Origin: Oscillospiraceae bacterium
GTDB taxonomy: Bacteria > Bacillota > Clostridia > Oscillospirales > Acutalibacteraceae
DNA: 54,732 nt
Assembly: GCA_902784155.1 (NCBI GenBank)
Contig: CACZTQ010000016.1
Coordinates: forward strand, 1-54,732
Reading direction: 5' to 3'
Positions 1 to 8,082 of this stretch are shown piece after piece; position 1 is the stretch's first letter; each line of letters begins with the position of its first letter. Under the pieces are notes generated by a model. It saw nothing but the letters and a program-made list of their open reading frames with translations, was not told where the DNA came from and made no database searches. Made by a program: the position numbers and the translations under genes.

Positions 1-391
1 CAGCGGCGTTTGTGGCACCGTCAACGCCGATAAGATACAGACCCTTGTTTAACTCGTGGTCTGTCTTGACATAGAACTTCGCCCTGAGAGTGGTGAGGTT
101 GTCAGCGGTTGACGGGGGAATAATCGCGCCGTCATCGAGCTTTGTGTATGTAGGGTTTCCTTCTTCGTCTTTACCGGTAAGGTACAATTCCAGACCGGAG
201 TAGAAGAAATGGTTGGTGATTTCCCCGTCTTCCACAGTCTCATGGTTGGTCTTGAGACTTGCGTAAGTGGGAATCTCCTTGCCCATGGACGCAGAGCCTT
301 CGGCTGATACGACCATGAGGCCGGTTGTGAGCGTGCCCAGGAGCATTGCGATACAAAGGACAACGCTCAGGAGCTTTTTGAATTTTGTCAT
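1..391 (-). CDS. Secreted protein, N-terminal part (runs off the left edge; not in the ORF track)
   Basis: ATG at 391 behind AAGGAGG; reads MTKFKKLLSVVLCIAMLLGTLTTGLMVVSA-EGSASMGKEIPTY... (Sec-type signal peptide) and stays open to position 1. Confidence 0.8.
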   Translation of the reverse strand, partial: MTKFKKLLSVVLCIAMLLGTLTTGLMVVSAEGSASMGKEIPTYASLKTNHETVEDGEITNHFFYSGLELYLTGKDEEGNPTYTKLDDGAIIPPSTADNLTTLRAKFYVKTDHELNKGLYLIGVDGATNAA

Positions 392-449
392 CTTATTTCC
401 TCCTTTAAAATGACTTAGCCAGAGCCTTTTCCGGCAAATTTACAGGGTA

Positions 450-478
450 ATTATATTATAAGACTTTTATTTAATCAA
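450..478 (-). promoter_or_regulatory. sigma-A-type promoter for the left-edge secreted protein
   Basis: TTGATT-17 nt-TATAAT on the minus strand in an AT-rich intergenic region. Confidence 0.6.
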
Positions 479-617
479 TAAAAATTTAAAAAAGTGAGTT
501 ATTTTTTAAAAATATTGTATATCTTGCATAAAAACCATAATTTTCATTTGGCAAAGATTACCGTGAACACTGCGCGTCAGAATTCGTATGCGGGCTGAAA
601 ATTTTTGCCCGGCTGCG

Positions 618-647
618 AAAAAATCCCCTCCGCAGCGGCGAAGGGGA
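618..647 (-). terminator. Rho-independent terminator after glpK
   Basis: Minus strand TCCCCTTCGC-cgct-GCGGAGGGGA followed by TTTTTT. Confidence 0.7.
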
Positions 648-710
648 AGCATATTGCGTTATTGCGGGAGCCGGAAGCTCCGCCGTTTTTATTTAAAAAT
701 CGGTCCGTTA

Positions 711-2216
711 TCAGTCGTGTGCCCATCCCTTGGAGCATTCAACGGCCTTCTTCCAGCCGGTGTAAAGCTTATTCCTGAGTTCAAGGTCCATCTGAGGCTC
801 AAAGATTTTGTCAACCTTGCGGTTCTTTTCGATTTCTTCCTTATCCTTCCACACGCCTACGGCGAGACCTGCGAGATACGCGGCTCCGAGAGCGGTGGTC
901 TCAACCGTCTTGGGTCTGTTGACGTTGCAGCGGACCATATCGGCCTGAATCTGAAGCATAATATCCGAAACGCTTGCGCCGCCGTCAACCCTGAGCTCTT
1001 TGAAATCGATGCCGGAATCCGCCTTCATCGCTTCGAGCAGGTCGGTCATCTGATAGGTGATTGCCTCGAGCACGCTTCTCGCCACGTGAGCTCTGTTTAC
1101 GCCTCTTGTAAGGCCGACAATGCACCCGCGCGCATACATATCCCAGTAGGGGGCGCCCAGACCCGTGAAGGCGGGGACGAAATAAATGCCGTTTGCGTCG
1201 GGGACGCTCTCCGCGAGCTCATCGCAGCGGCGGGCGGAATCGATAAGATGGAGCTCGTCGCGAAGCCACTTGATGACTGAGCCGGCGTTGAAAGCAGAGC
1301 CCTCTATAGCGTATTCGACCTTGTCGCCGATACCCCAGGCAACGCCCGTGAGCAGGTTATTCTTGGAGTTGACTCTCTTCTCGCCCGTATTCATTAGCAG
1401 GAAGCAGCCTGTGCCGTAGGTATTCTTTGCCTGGCCGGGCTCAAAGCAGGCCTGGCCGAAGAGAGCGGCGGGCTGGTCGCCTATCGCGCCGCAGATGGGG
1501 ATTCCCTCGAGAGCCTCAAGGCCGAGAATGCCTCTGCCGACTCTGCCGTAAATCTTGCTTGAGGGAACGGGCTCGGGAAGGATTGACATCGGGATTCCAA
1601 GCTTGTCGCAGAGAGTCTCGTCCCAGCAGAGCTTATCAACGTCAAAGAGCATTGTTCTCGAAGCGTTTGAGTAGTCTGTCACGTGGACGCTTCCGCCCGT
1701 GAGATTCCAGATAAGCCAGGTCTCGACCGTGCCGAAAAGGAGACGGCCGGCGTCCGCGAGGCGCTTTGCCTCGGGAACATTGTCGAGAATCCACTTGATT
1801 TTTGTGCCCGAAAAATAAGCGTCGATGAGCAGTCCGGTCTTCTCTTTGATATAGTCTCCGAAGCCCTCCGCCTTGAGCTGCTCGCAGTAGTCGGCGGTCC
1901 TGCGGCACTGCCAGACTATGGCGTTATAGACGGGCTTGCCTGTCTGTCTGTCCCACAGAATCGTGGTCTCACGCTGGTTGGTGATGCCGATGCCCGCTAT
2001 ATCGCTCGGGCGCACTTCGCCCGTTGAGAAGCAGGCGGAAACTGCCTGGAACTGGCTGTAAAGAATTGAAAGCGGATCGTGCTCAACCCAGCCTGCCTGA
2101 GGATAAATCTGCTCAAACTCATTCTGGGCTTTCGCTATGATGTTTCCTTTTTTGTCAAAAACGATAGCGCGGGAGCTTGTTGTGCCCTGGTCCAATGCCA
2201 TTACATACTGTGCCAT
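711..2216 (-). CDS. glpK: Glycerol kinase
   Basis: DQGTTSSRA, ITNQRETT, AIVWQCRRT, DAYFSGTK, TDYSNASRT, KNTYGTGCF, AFTGLGAPYWD motifs. Confidence 0.96.
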   Translation of the reverse strand: MAQYVMALDQGTTSSRAIVFDKKGNIIAKAQNEFEQIYPQAGWVEHDPLSILYSQFQAVSACFSTGEVRPSDIAGIGITNQRETTILWDRQTGKPVYNAIVWQCRRTADYCEQLKAEGFGDYIKEKTGLLIDAYFSGTKIKWILDNVPEAKRLADAGRLLFGTVETWLIWNLTGGSVHVTDYSNASRTMLFDVDKLCWDETLCDKLGIPMSILPEPVPSSKIYGRVGRGILGLEALEGIPICGAIGDQPAALFGQACFEPGQAKNTYGTGCFLLMNTGEKRVNSKNNLLTGVAWGIGDKVEYAIEGSAFNAGSVIKWLRDELHLIDSARRCDELAESVPDANGIYFVPAFTGLGAPYWDMYARGCIVGLTRGVNRAHVARSVLEAITYQMTDLLEAMKADSGIDFKELRVDGGASVSDIMLQIQADMVRCNVNRPKTVETTALGAAYLAGLAVGVWKDKEEIEKNRKVDKIFEPQMDLELRNKLYTGWKKAVECSKGWAHD

Positions 2217-2253
2217 AGTCTAACCACCTTTTTTATTTGTAGGGCCGTGCCCT

Positions 2254-3654
2254 TCAGTTTATTCCGAAATACTCCGCCGCGTTGCGGTAGGAGATGTCTT
2301 CCGCGAGCTTTTTAAGCGCCTCGCGGTCATAGGGGAACTGCCCGCTCTCGACGAGCTCGCCCATAAGATTGCAGGCGATTCTGCGGAAATATTCGTGCCT
2401 CGGATAAGAGAGGAACGAGCGGGAATCCGTGACCATACCGACGAATTTGCCAAGCGCTCCGAGATTTGCCAGAGCGGACATCTGGGCGCGCATACCCTCG
2501 ATATTGTCGTTGAACCACCAGGCCGAGCCGAACTGGATTTTGCTCTGAGCCTCGGGCGACTGGAAGTTGCCGAGCATCGCCCCGAAGACATAGTTGTCGC
2601 GCGGGTTGAGAGTGAATATTATCGTGCGGGGCAGGGCGTTTTCGCGGTCAAGAGAATCGAGAAAACGCGAGAGCCTGCGCGCGACGGGCTGATCGTCTAT
2701 CGAGTCAAACCCCGTGTCGGGGCCGATTGCTTCAAACATACGGGAGTTGTTGTTTCTCATCGGGCCGATATGAAGCTCCATCACCCAGCCGCGAGCCGCG
2801 TATTCCTTCGCGAGGAATCTTAGCAGAGCGGTCCTGAATTTATCCGCCTGCGCCTCGGTGACGGTTGCGCCCGATTTTGCCGCTTTGAATATTTCTTCAA
2901 GCTCATCCGCCCGGGCGGTCTCATAGGGAATGTATGAAAAGCCGTGATCGCTTGCCCTGCATCCGAGAGAATCAAAGAATTCAATGCGCGAGAGCAGGAA
3001 GGCCTCGAGCCGGGCGTATGATTCTATCGGCGCGCCGCAGACCTTCTCCGCCTGAGCGAGCCAGGGGAGGAATGACGGCAAATCGATGCCGAGCGCCTTG
3101 TCGGGTCTGAAGGCGGGAAGCACCCTGAAAGGAAGGTCCTCCTTCAGAAGCAGCGTATGATATTCGAGAGAATCGGCCGGATCGTCCGTCGTGCAAAGGC
3201 AGGTGACGCCCGAGCCCGCTATCAGCTCGCGCGGGGTGAATCCGCCGGAGCGTATCTTTTCATTTGCTTCGTCAAAAATCTTATCGGCCGACGATGAATT
3301 GAGGATATCGTCAATGCCGAAATATCTTCTGAGCTCAAGATGGCACCAGTGATAGAGCGGATTGCCTATCAGCGAGGGCATACAGGAGGCGAAGGCCCTG
3401 AATTTTTCTCTGCCCGGGGCGTCGCCCGTTATGTATTTCTCGTCAACGCCGCAGGAGCGCATTGCCCTCCACTTGTAATGGTCGCCGCCGAGCCAGAGCT
3501 CCGCGATGTCGGCGGGCTCTTTGTTTTCATAAATCTCTTTCGGAGAGAGGTGACAGTGCCAGTCAAAAACCGGCATTTTTTCCGCCGCCTCAAACATTTC
3601 GACGGCAGGCTCGTTATAAAGCAGGAAATCCCTGCCCATGAATTCTCTTGCCAT
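2254..3654 (-). CDS. uxaC: Glucuronate (uronate) isomerase
   Basis: DWHCHL, WLGGDHYKWRAMR, GNPLYHW.HLEL, CTTDDP, GSAWWFND, TDSRSFLSYPRHEYFRR. Confidence 0.96.
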   Translation of the reverse strand: MAREFMGRDFLLYNEPAVEMFEAAEKMPVFDWHCHLSPKEIYENKEPADIAELWLGGDHYKWRAMRSCGVDEKYITGDAPGREKFRAFASCMPSLIGNPLYHWCHLELRRYFGIDDILNSSSADKIFDEANEKIRSGGFTPRELIAGSGVTCLCTTDDPADSLEYHTLLLKEDLPFRVLPAFRPDKALGIDLPSFLPWLAQAEKVCGAPIESYARLEAFLLSRIEFFDSLGCRASDHGFSYIPYETARADELEEIFKAAKSGATVTEAQADKFRTALLRFLAKEYAARGWVMELHIGPMRNNNSRMFEAIGPDTGFDSIDDQPVARRLSRFLDSLDRENALPRTIIFTLNPRDNYVFGAMLGNFQSPEAQSKIQFGSAWWFNDNIEGMRAQMSALANLGALGKFVGMVTDSRSFLSYPRHEYFRRIACNLMGELVESGQFPYDREALKKLAEDISYRNAAEYFGIN

Positions 3655-3664
3655 AATTACCCCC

Positions 3665-4357
3665 TCAGTTTCCCTGGCCGTAATAGGCGTTTGCGCCGTG
3701 TTTTCTCAGATAATGCTTTTTGCGGATTGCCCTGCTCGCTTCATCCGCGCCGAGAGTGCGGCTGAGATAGGCCATCTTTGAGACCTCTTCGAGCACTGCG
3801 CTGTTTTTCGCGGCTGCTGCGGCATCCCCGCCCCAGGTGAAGGGGCCGTGAGAATGGACGAGCACCGCGGGCACGGCGTTGTAATCTATGTTTCTTGTCT
3901 CAAAGCATTCCGCTATGACCTTCCCGGTATTCAGCTCATACTCGCCCTCAATCTCGGCCTGCGACAGGTCTCTTGTGCAGGGGATTGCGCCGTAGGCGAA
4001 ATCGGCGTGAGTCGTGCCGTAGGGAGGTATGTCGAGACCCGCCTGAGCGAAGGCGACGGCGAATTCCGAATGCGTGTGGGCAACTCCCCCGATTCCGGGG
4101 AATCTCTTATAGAGCTCAAGATGAGTCGGCGTGTCGGACGAGGGATTCATATCGCCCTCGACCTTTTTTCCGTCGAGTGACATCACAACCATATCGGCGG
4201 GCGTGAGCTTATCGTAATCAACGCCGGAGGGCTTGATTACAAAGAGCCCGCTCTCGCGGTCGATGCCGGAGACATTGCCCCAGGTAAAAATCACAAGTTT
4301 ATATTTTACAAGGTCAAGATTTGCCCTGTAAACTTCCTCTTTAAGCTTCTCAAGCAT
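3665..4357 (-). CDS. araD: L-ribulose-5-phosphate 4-epimerase (AraD/UlaF, class II aldolase family)
   Basis: [61 protein letters not shown]. Confidence 0.93.
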   Translation of the reverse strand: MLEKLKEEVYRANLDLVKYKLVIFTWGNVSGIDRESGLFVIKPSGVDYDKLTPADMVVMSLDGKKVEGDMNPSSDTPTHLELYKRFPGIGGVAHTHSEFAVAFAQAGLDIPPYGTTHADFAYGAIPCTRDLSQAEIEGEYELNTGKVIAECFETRNIDYNAVPAVLVHSHGPFTWGGDAAAAAKNSAVLEEVSKMAYLSRTLGADEASRAIRKKHYLRKHGANAYYGQGN

Positions 4358-4366
4358 AGGCGCACC

Positions 4367-4912
4367 TCAATAAAGCATCGATATTATCTGGCCGTAGATT
4401 TTGGCCGTATTGTCGTTGAAGGAATTTCTTATCTTATCCGCCTGCTCGTAATCGACGGCGTGAAGGGTAAGCCCCATAAGGACGTTATCCTTATGGAGAA
4501 TTTTGCATATCACGTTGTATCCCTGGTCGGCCTGCTCTATCTTGCAGACAGTCGAGCCCTCTATTCTCTTGCGAAGCTGTACCGCCGCTCCGTCGGCAAG
4601 AGCTCTCTCTCGCACCGTCGCGGGTATTTCGCCGAAAAGCTCGCCGAGCGATTCCCTGCCGATTTTTGTAAGCATGAGGGTGCCGTCATCGGCCTTCTGA
4701 AGGCTGCCGTTTCTGAGGAGCTCCTCAATAGCCTGAACGGTTTCGAAATAATTCGCGAGCATGTGCGTTGTGAGTGCCTCAACCGCGACATCCTTTGTGA
4801 GAGGCTCGTCAAGGGCGGAGGCCAGGTACTCAATAAGCAGCTTTATCTGGGTTGTGCTTCTGAGCCCGCCGGGGGATACGCCCTCGTTGAAGGTGTTGCT
4901 GTCGTAATCCAT
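4367..4912 (-). CDS. DUF4364-like protein (winged-helix-like)
   Basis: PGGLRS..QIKLLI.Y and ANYFE...AI.EL pattern recalled for DUF4364; 181 aa; overlaps the upstream stop. Confidence 0.65.
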   Translation of the reverse strand: MDYDSNTFNEGVSPGGLRSTTQIKLLIEYLASALDEPLTKDVAVEALTTHMLANYFETVQAIEELLRNGSLQKADDGTLMLTKIGRESLGELFGEIPATVRERALADGAAVQLRKRIEGSTVCKIEQADQGYNVICKILHKDNVLMGLTLHAVDYEQADKIRNSFNDNTAKIYGQIISMLY

Positions 4913-5442
4913 TACTTGTTTCTCTTCCTGCCCTTTATTTCTTTTCTCTTATTGTAGTTGGGGTTAATCGGCTTACCGTAGCGGCCGCGGAGCTTGCAGT
5001 CGTCCGTGAGGAATTTTTCTTTGGTCGCGGCGAGACCGCAGAGATTCGACCAGCCCTCGCAGTAGAGCCAGTAATAAGAAATATTCTTTTTGCGTCTCAG
5101 TCTGACAAGCGCGGGCAGACCGCACCATATAAATGACGGCAGGGCGATGATAAAGAGCCAGAGAGGGCCGAGAATCATTGTCTGCACGGTGTGGCCGTAT
5201 TCGTGGATTCTCATATCGTGGAGCCTGTCTCCCTCAACGTTTTTGTTGATGAAGATAAACATTCCGAGGCTCACGCCGCCGAAATTCTTTTTTTCGATAT
5301 ATGTTATGAGCGCGTAATGATACCATTCGCTTTTGCTGCCCTTGATTTTATAGACGAGCAGCATGCACAGGCCCATAATGTTCTGTATAAGCCCGAATGT
5401 GAACTGCCAGAGATAAAAGAGAATGCCTTTTATAATTTTCAT
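4912..5442 (-). CDS. Membrane protein with HExxH zinc-metallopeptidase motif
   Basis: Probable start MKIIKG at 5442 (GGGTGA RBS); hydrophobic segments; HEYGH plus a downstream Glu (YCEGWSN). Confidence 0.6.
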   Translation of the reverse strand: MKIIKGILFYLWQFTFGLIQNIMGLCMLLVYKIKGSKSEWYHYALITYIEKKNFGGVSLGMFIFINKNVEGDRLHDMRIHEYGHTVQTMILGPLWLFIIALPSFIWCGLPALVRLRRKKNISYYWLYCEGWSNLCGLAATKEKFLTDDCKLRGRYGKPINPNYNKRKEIKGRKRNK

Positions 5443-5458
5443 AATAATCACCCGTAAC

Positions 5459-5487
5459 ATTTTATCACATACGGTATGGTTTTTCAA
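5459..5487 (-). promoter_or_regulatory. sigma-A promoter for the HExxH-DUF4364-araD-uxaC-glpK run
   Basis: TTGAAA-17 nt-TAAAAT with extended -10 TG. Confidence 0.6.
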
Positions 5488-5680
5488 GGCGGAGCGGCTA
5501 ATTTTTGGAATAAGCGGCGGGAAATTCCCCGCGCGGGGGAGAGGATGAGAATCTGAGACGGAAAATAAAAAACTGTTTCATATTCCGCCCGTTTATGTTA
5601 TACTGTCGGTATAAAATCCGGCTGAGCCGGACCGGGATAAAGAGAGAATGAAGAAAAAATGAGGAAAGGAGCCGTAACAG

Positions 5681-6349
5681 ATGTCGGACAGAGTGATAAA
5701 AATACTGATTGAGTCCTTCCCCAGAATCCTGCTGCCCGGTCTTAAAATGACCGTTCCGCTCACGGCTCTCGCGTTTACGCTCGGCGTTATTATCGCCGTC
5801 TGGGTCGCGCTGATTCAGTATGCGCGCGTTCCCGTGCTCAGAGAAGCGGCGAGATTCTATATCTGGGTTATCAGGGGCACTCCGCTGCTCGTCCAGCTCT
5901 TTGTCGTGTTTTACGGCCTGCCGAGCATCGGGATTATCACAAAGCCATTCCCGACGGCGGTGGCCGTCTTTGCAATCAACGAGGGCGCTTACGCCGCCGA
6001 GACGATAAGAGCTTCAATAGAGGCGGTCCCTCACGGTCAGCTCGAAGCGGGCTACTGCGTCGGTATGACAAGATGGCAGACGGTGAGAAGAATCATCCTG
6101 CCCCAGGCCTTCCGCACGGCGGCTCCGACGCTCGGCAACGAGCTTATAAGCATGGTCAAGGATACGTCTCTCGCGGCGAATATCACGGTTATGGAAATGT
6201 TTATGACCACGCAGAGAATCAACGCCGTCTATTATGAGCCGCTCGCCCTCTACATAGAGGTCGGAGTTATCTATCTGCTGTTTTCAACGGTGCTCACGGG
6301 CGTTCAGCGCCTTGCCGAAAAACGGCTGTCGGGCTACGGGAGAAGATGA
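5681..6349 (+). CDS. Polar amino-acid (cystine-type) ABC transporter permease
   Basis: IRGTPLLVQLF, AYAAETIRA, EAA loop, ISMVKDTSLA. Confidence 0.9.
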   Translation: MSDRVIKILIESFPRILLPGLKMTVPLTALAFTLGVIIAVWVALIQYARVPVLREAARFYIWVIRGTPLLVQLFVVFYGLPSIGIITKPFPTAVAVFAINEGAYAAETIRASIEAVPHGQLEAGYCVGMTRWQTVRRIILPQAFRTAAPTLGNELISMVKDTSLAANITVMEMFMTTQRINAVYYEPLALYIEVGVIYLLFSTVLTGVQRLAEKRLSGYGRR

Positions 6350-6350
6350 T

Positions 6351-7097
6351 ATGCTGCTTAAAATAACGAATCTCAACAAATCCTATCCCGAAGCGGGGCA
6401 GGTACTCAGAGATGTGAACCTGACGGTCAGCGAGGGCGATGTCATTGCCGTAATCGGCCCCTCGGGCGGAGGCAAGACGACTCTGCTGCGGTGTATGAAT
6501 TTCCTCGAGACATCAGACTCGGGCACAATGGAGTTTGACGGCGCGGTTTACGACCTTACAAAAGCGGGCAAAAAAGAGATAACCTCAATCAGGATGAGGA
6601 CCGCTTTTGTGTTTCAGAATTACAATCTCTTTCTCAACAAAACGGCGCTTCAGAATGTGACGGAGGGCCTTGTGGTCGCGAGGAAGATTGATAAAAAGAC
6701 GGCGCGGAAAACCGCCGGGAAGGCGCTCGCGGACGTCGGGCTCGCGGACAGGCTCGACTACTATCCCAATCAACTCTCGGGCGGTCAGCAGCAGAGAGTG
6801 GCGATAGCGAGAGCCGTTGCGACAAACCCCGAAATCATATATTTTGACGAGCCGACATCCGCTCTCGACCCCGAGCTCACTCAGGAGGTGCTCGACGCGA
6901 TAAACGCTCTCGCTAAAGAGGGCAGGACCATGATAGTCGTCACTCACGAGCTCGAATTCGCCAAAAAAATCGCCACCCGGATCGTCTTTATGGACGGCGG
7001 GACGGTTGCCGCAGAGGCCTCGCCCGAAGAGTTTTTTGACAATCCCGATAATGAGCGCGTGAAGCAGTTCCTCGCCAATATCGGGAATAAACAATAA
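6351..7097 (+). CDS. Polar amino-acid ABC transporter ATP-binding protein
   Basis: GPSGGGKTT Walker [26 protein letters not shown]; likely start MLLK at 6351. Confidence 0.92.
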   Translation: MLLKITNLNKSYPEAGQVLRDVNLTVSEGDVIAVIGPSGGGKTTLLRCMNFLETSDSGTMEFDGAVYDLTKAGKKEITSIRMRTAFVFQNYNLFLNKTALQNVTEGLVVARKIDKKTARKTAGKALADVGLADRLDYYPNQLSGGQQQRVAIARAVATNPEIIYFDEPTSALDPELTQEVLDAINALAKEGRTMIVVTHELEFAKKIATRIVFMDGGTVAAEASPEEFFDNPDNERVKQFLANIGNKQ

Positions 7098-7123
7098 AAA
7101 GAAAAAAGGAAAGGATAAATAAG

Positions 7124-7945
7124 ATGAAAAAATTCAGAAAGATTCTCGCCCTTATGCTTGCCGCCGCGCTTTTGTTTGCCCTCGCGGGCTGCGGAGCGGA
7201 GAAAGAGCCGCAGGAGGAGACACCCGCCGCGGACTCGCTCTCGCGCATTACTCAGGCGGGCAAAATCACCGTCGCTCTCGAAGGCGACTGGGCTCCCTGG
7301 TCATTCCACGACACGGATTCGGATAAGGTTATCGGCTTTGACGCCGACGTGGCAAGAGCGATAGCCGCGAAGCTCGGCGTGGAGGCTGAGATTATCGAGG
7401 CGCCGTGGGAATCCCTCTTCGCCGGCCTTGACAGCGGCAGATACGACCTCGTTATCAACGGCGTCGAAATTACGGAAGAGAGAGAAGAAAAATACGATTT
7501 CTCGGTACCCTACGGCTATATCCACACAGCGCTCATAGTCAAAACGGATAACAAGGAAATCAAGACATTTGAGGACCTGAAAGGCAAATCGACCGTCAAC
7601 AGCCTGGGCAGCACATATATGGAGCTCGCGGAGCAATACGGCGCGAGCGCGGCGGGGGTTTCGACTCTCGCGGAGACTCTCACTCAGGTTCTTCAGGGAA
7701 GAGTTGACGCGACTCTCAACGCGGACGTTTCCTTCTATGACTATATGAATCAGCATCCCGACGCGGCGCTCAAAATCGCCTGCGTGACGGATGAGGCCTC
7801 GTCTGTTGCGATACCCATGAGGAAGGGCGATGACGACGCCGCTCTCAGGGACGCGGTCAACTCAGCGGTTGCGGCTCTGCTCGAGGACGGCACGATAGCG
7901 GAGCTTTCGCAGACATATTTCGGCTCGGATATCACAATGAAATAA
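7124..7945 (+). CDS. Amino-acid ABC transporter substrate-binding lipoprotein (cystine-type, family 3 SBP)
   Basis: Lipobox LAGC; EGDWAPWSF, GFDADVA, W.SL.AGLDSGRYD. Confidence 0.88.
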   Translation: MKKFRKILALMLAAALLFALAGCGAEKEPQEETPAADSLSRITQAGKITVALEGDWAPWSFHDTDSDKVIGFDADVARAIAAKLGVEAEIIEAPWESLFAGLDSGRYDLVINGVEITEEREEKYDFSVPYGYIHTALIVKTDNKEIKTFEDLKGKSTVNSLGSTYMELAEQYGASAAGVSTLAETLTQVLQGRVDATLNADVSFYDYMNQHPDAALKIACVTDEASSVAIPMRKGDDDAALRDAVNSAVAALLEDGTIAELSQTYFGSDITMK

Positions 7946-7957
7946 ACCGAAGAAATC

Positions 7958-8009
7958 AAAAAAACAGAAGCCGCGGAGGCAGAAAACCTCCGCGGCTTCG
8001 ATTCTTTTT
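7958..8009. terminator. Bidirectional terminator after the ABC operon
   Basis: 13-bp inverted repeat GAAGCCGCGGAGG/CCTCCGCGGCTTC (7967-7999) flanked by A- and T-runs. Confidence 0.8.
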
Positions 8010-8016
8010 CTGCAGA

Positions 8017-8050
8017 AACGGAGCTGCGCATTTCTTTGCACAGCTCCGTT
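8017..8050 (-). terminator. Second hairpin, probable terminator of the 940-aa surface protein gene
   Basis: Minus strand AACGGAGCTGTGCA-aagaaa-TGCGCAGCTCCGTT (one G-U pair). Confidence 0.55.
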
Positions 8051-8082
8051 GATTATTCATTTCTTATTTTCACGGCGGAAAA

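Noticed and set aside
49-363. 104-aa ORF from the track
   Set aside because: Wrong frame; the real gene starts at 391 with an RBS and signal peptide and runs off the edge
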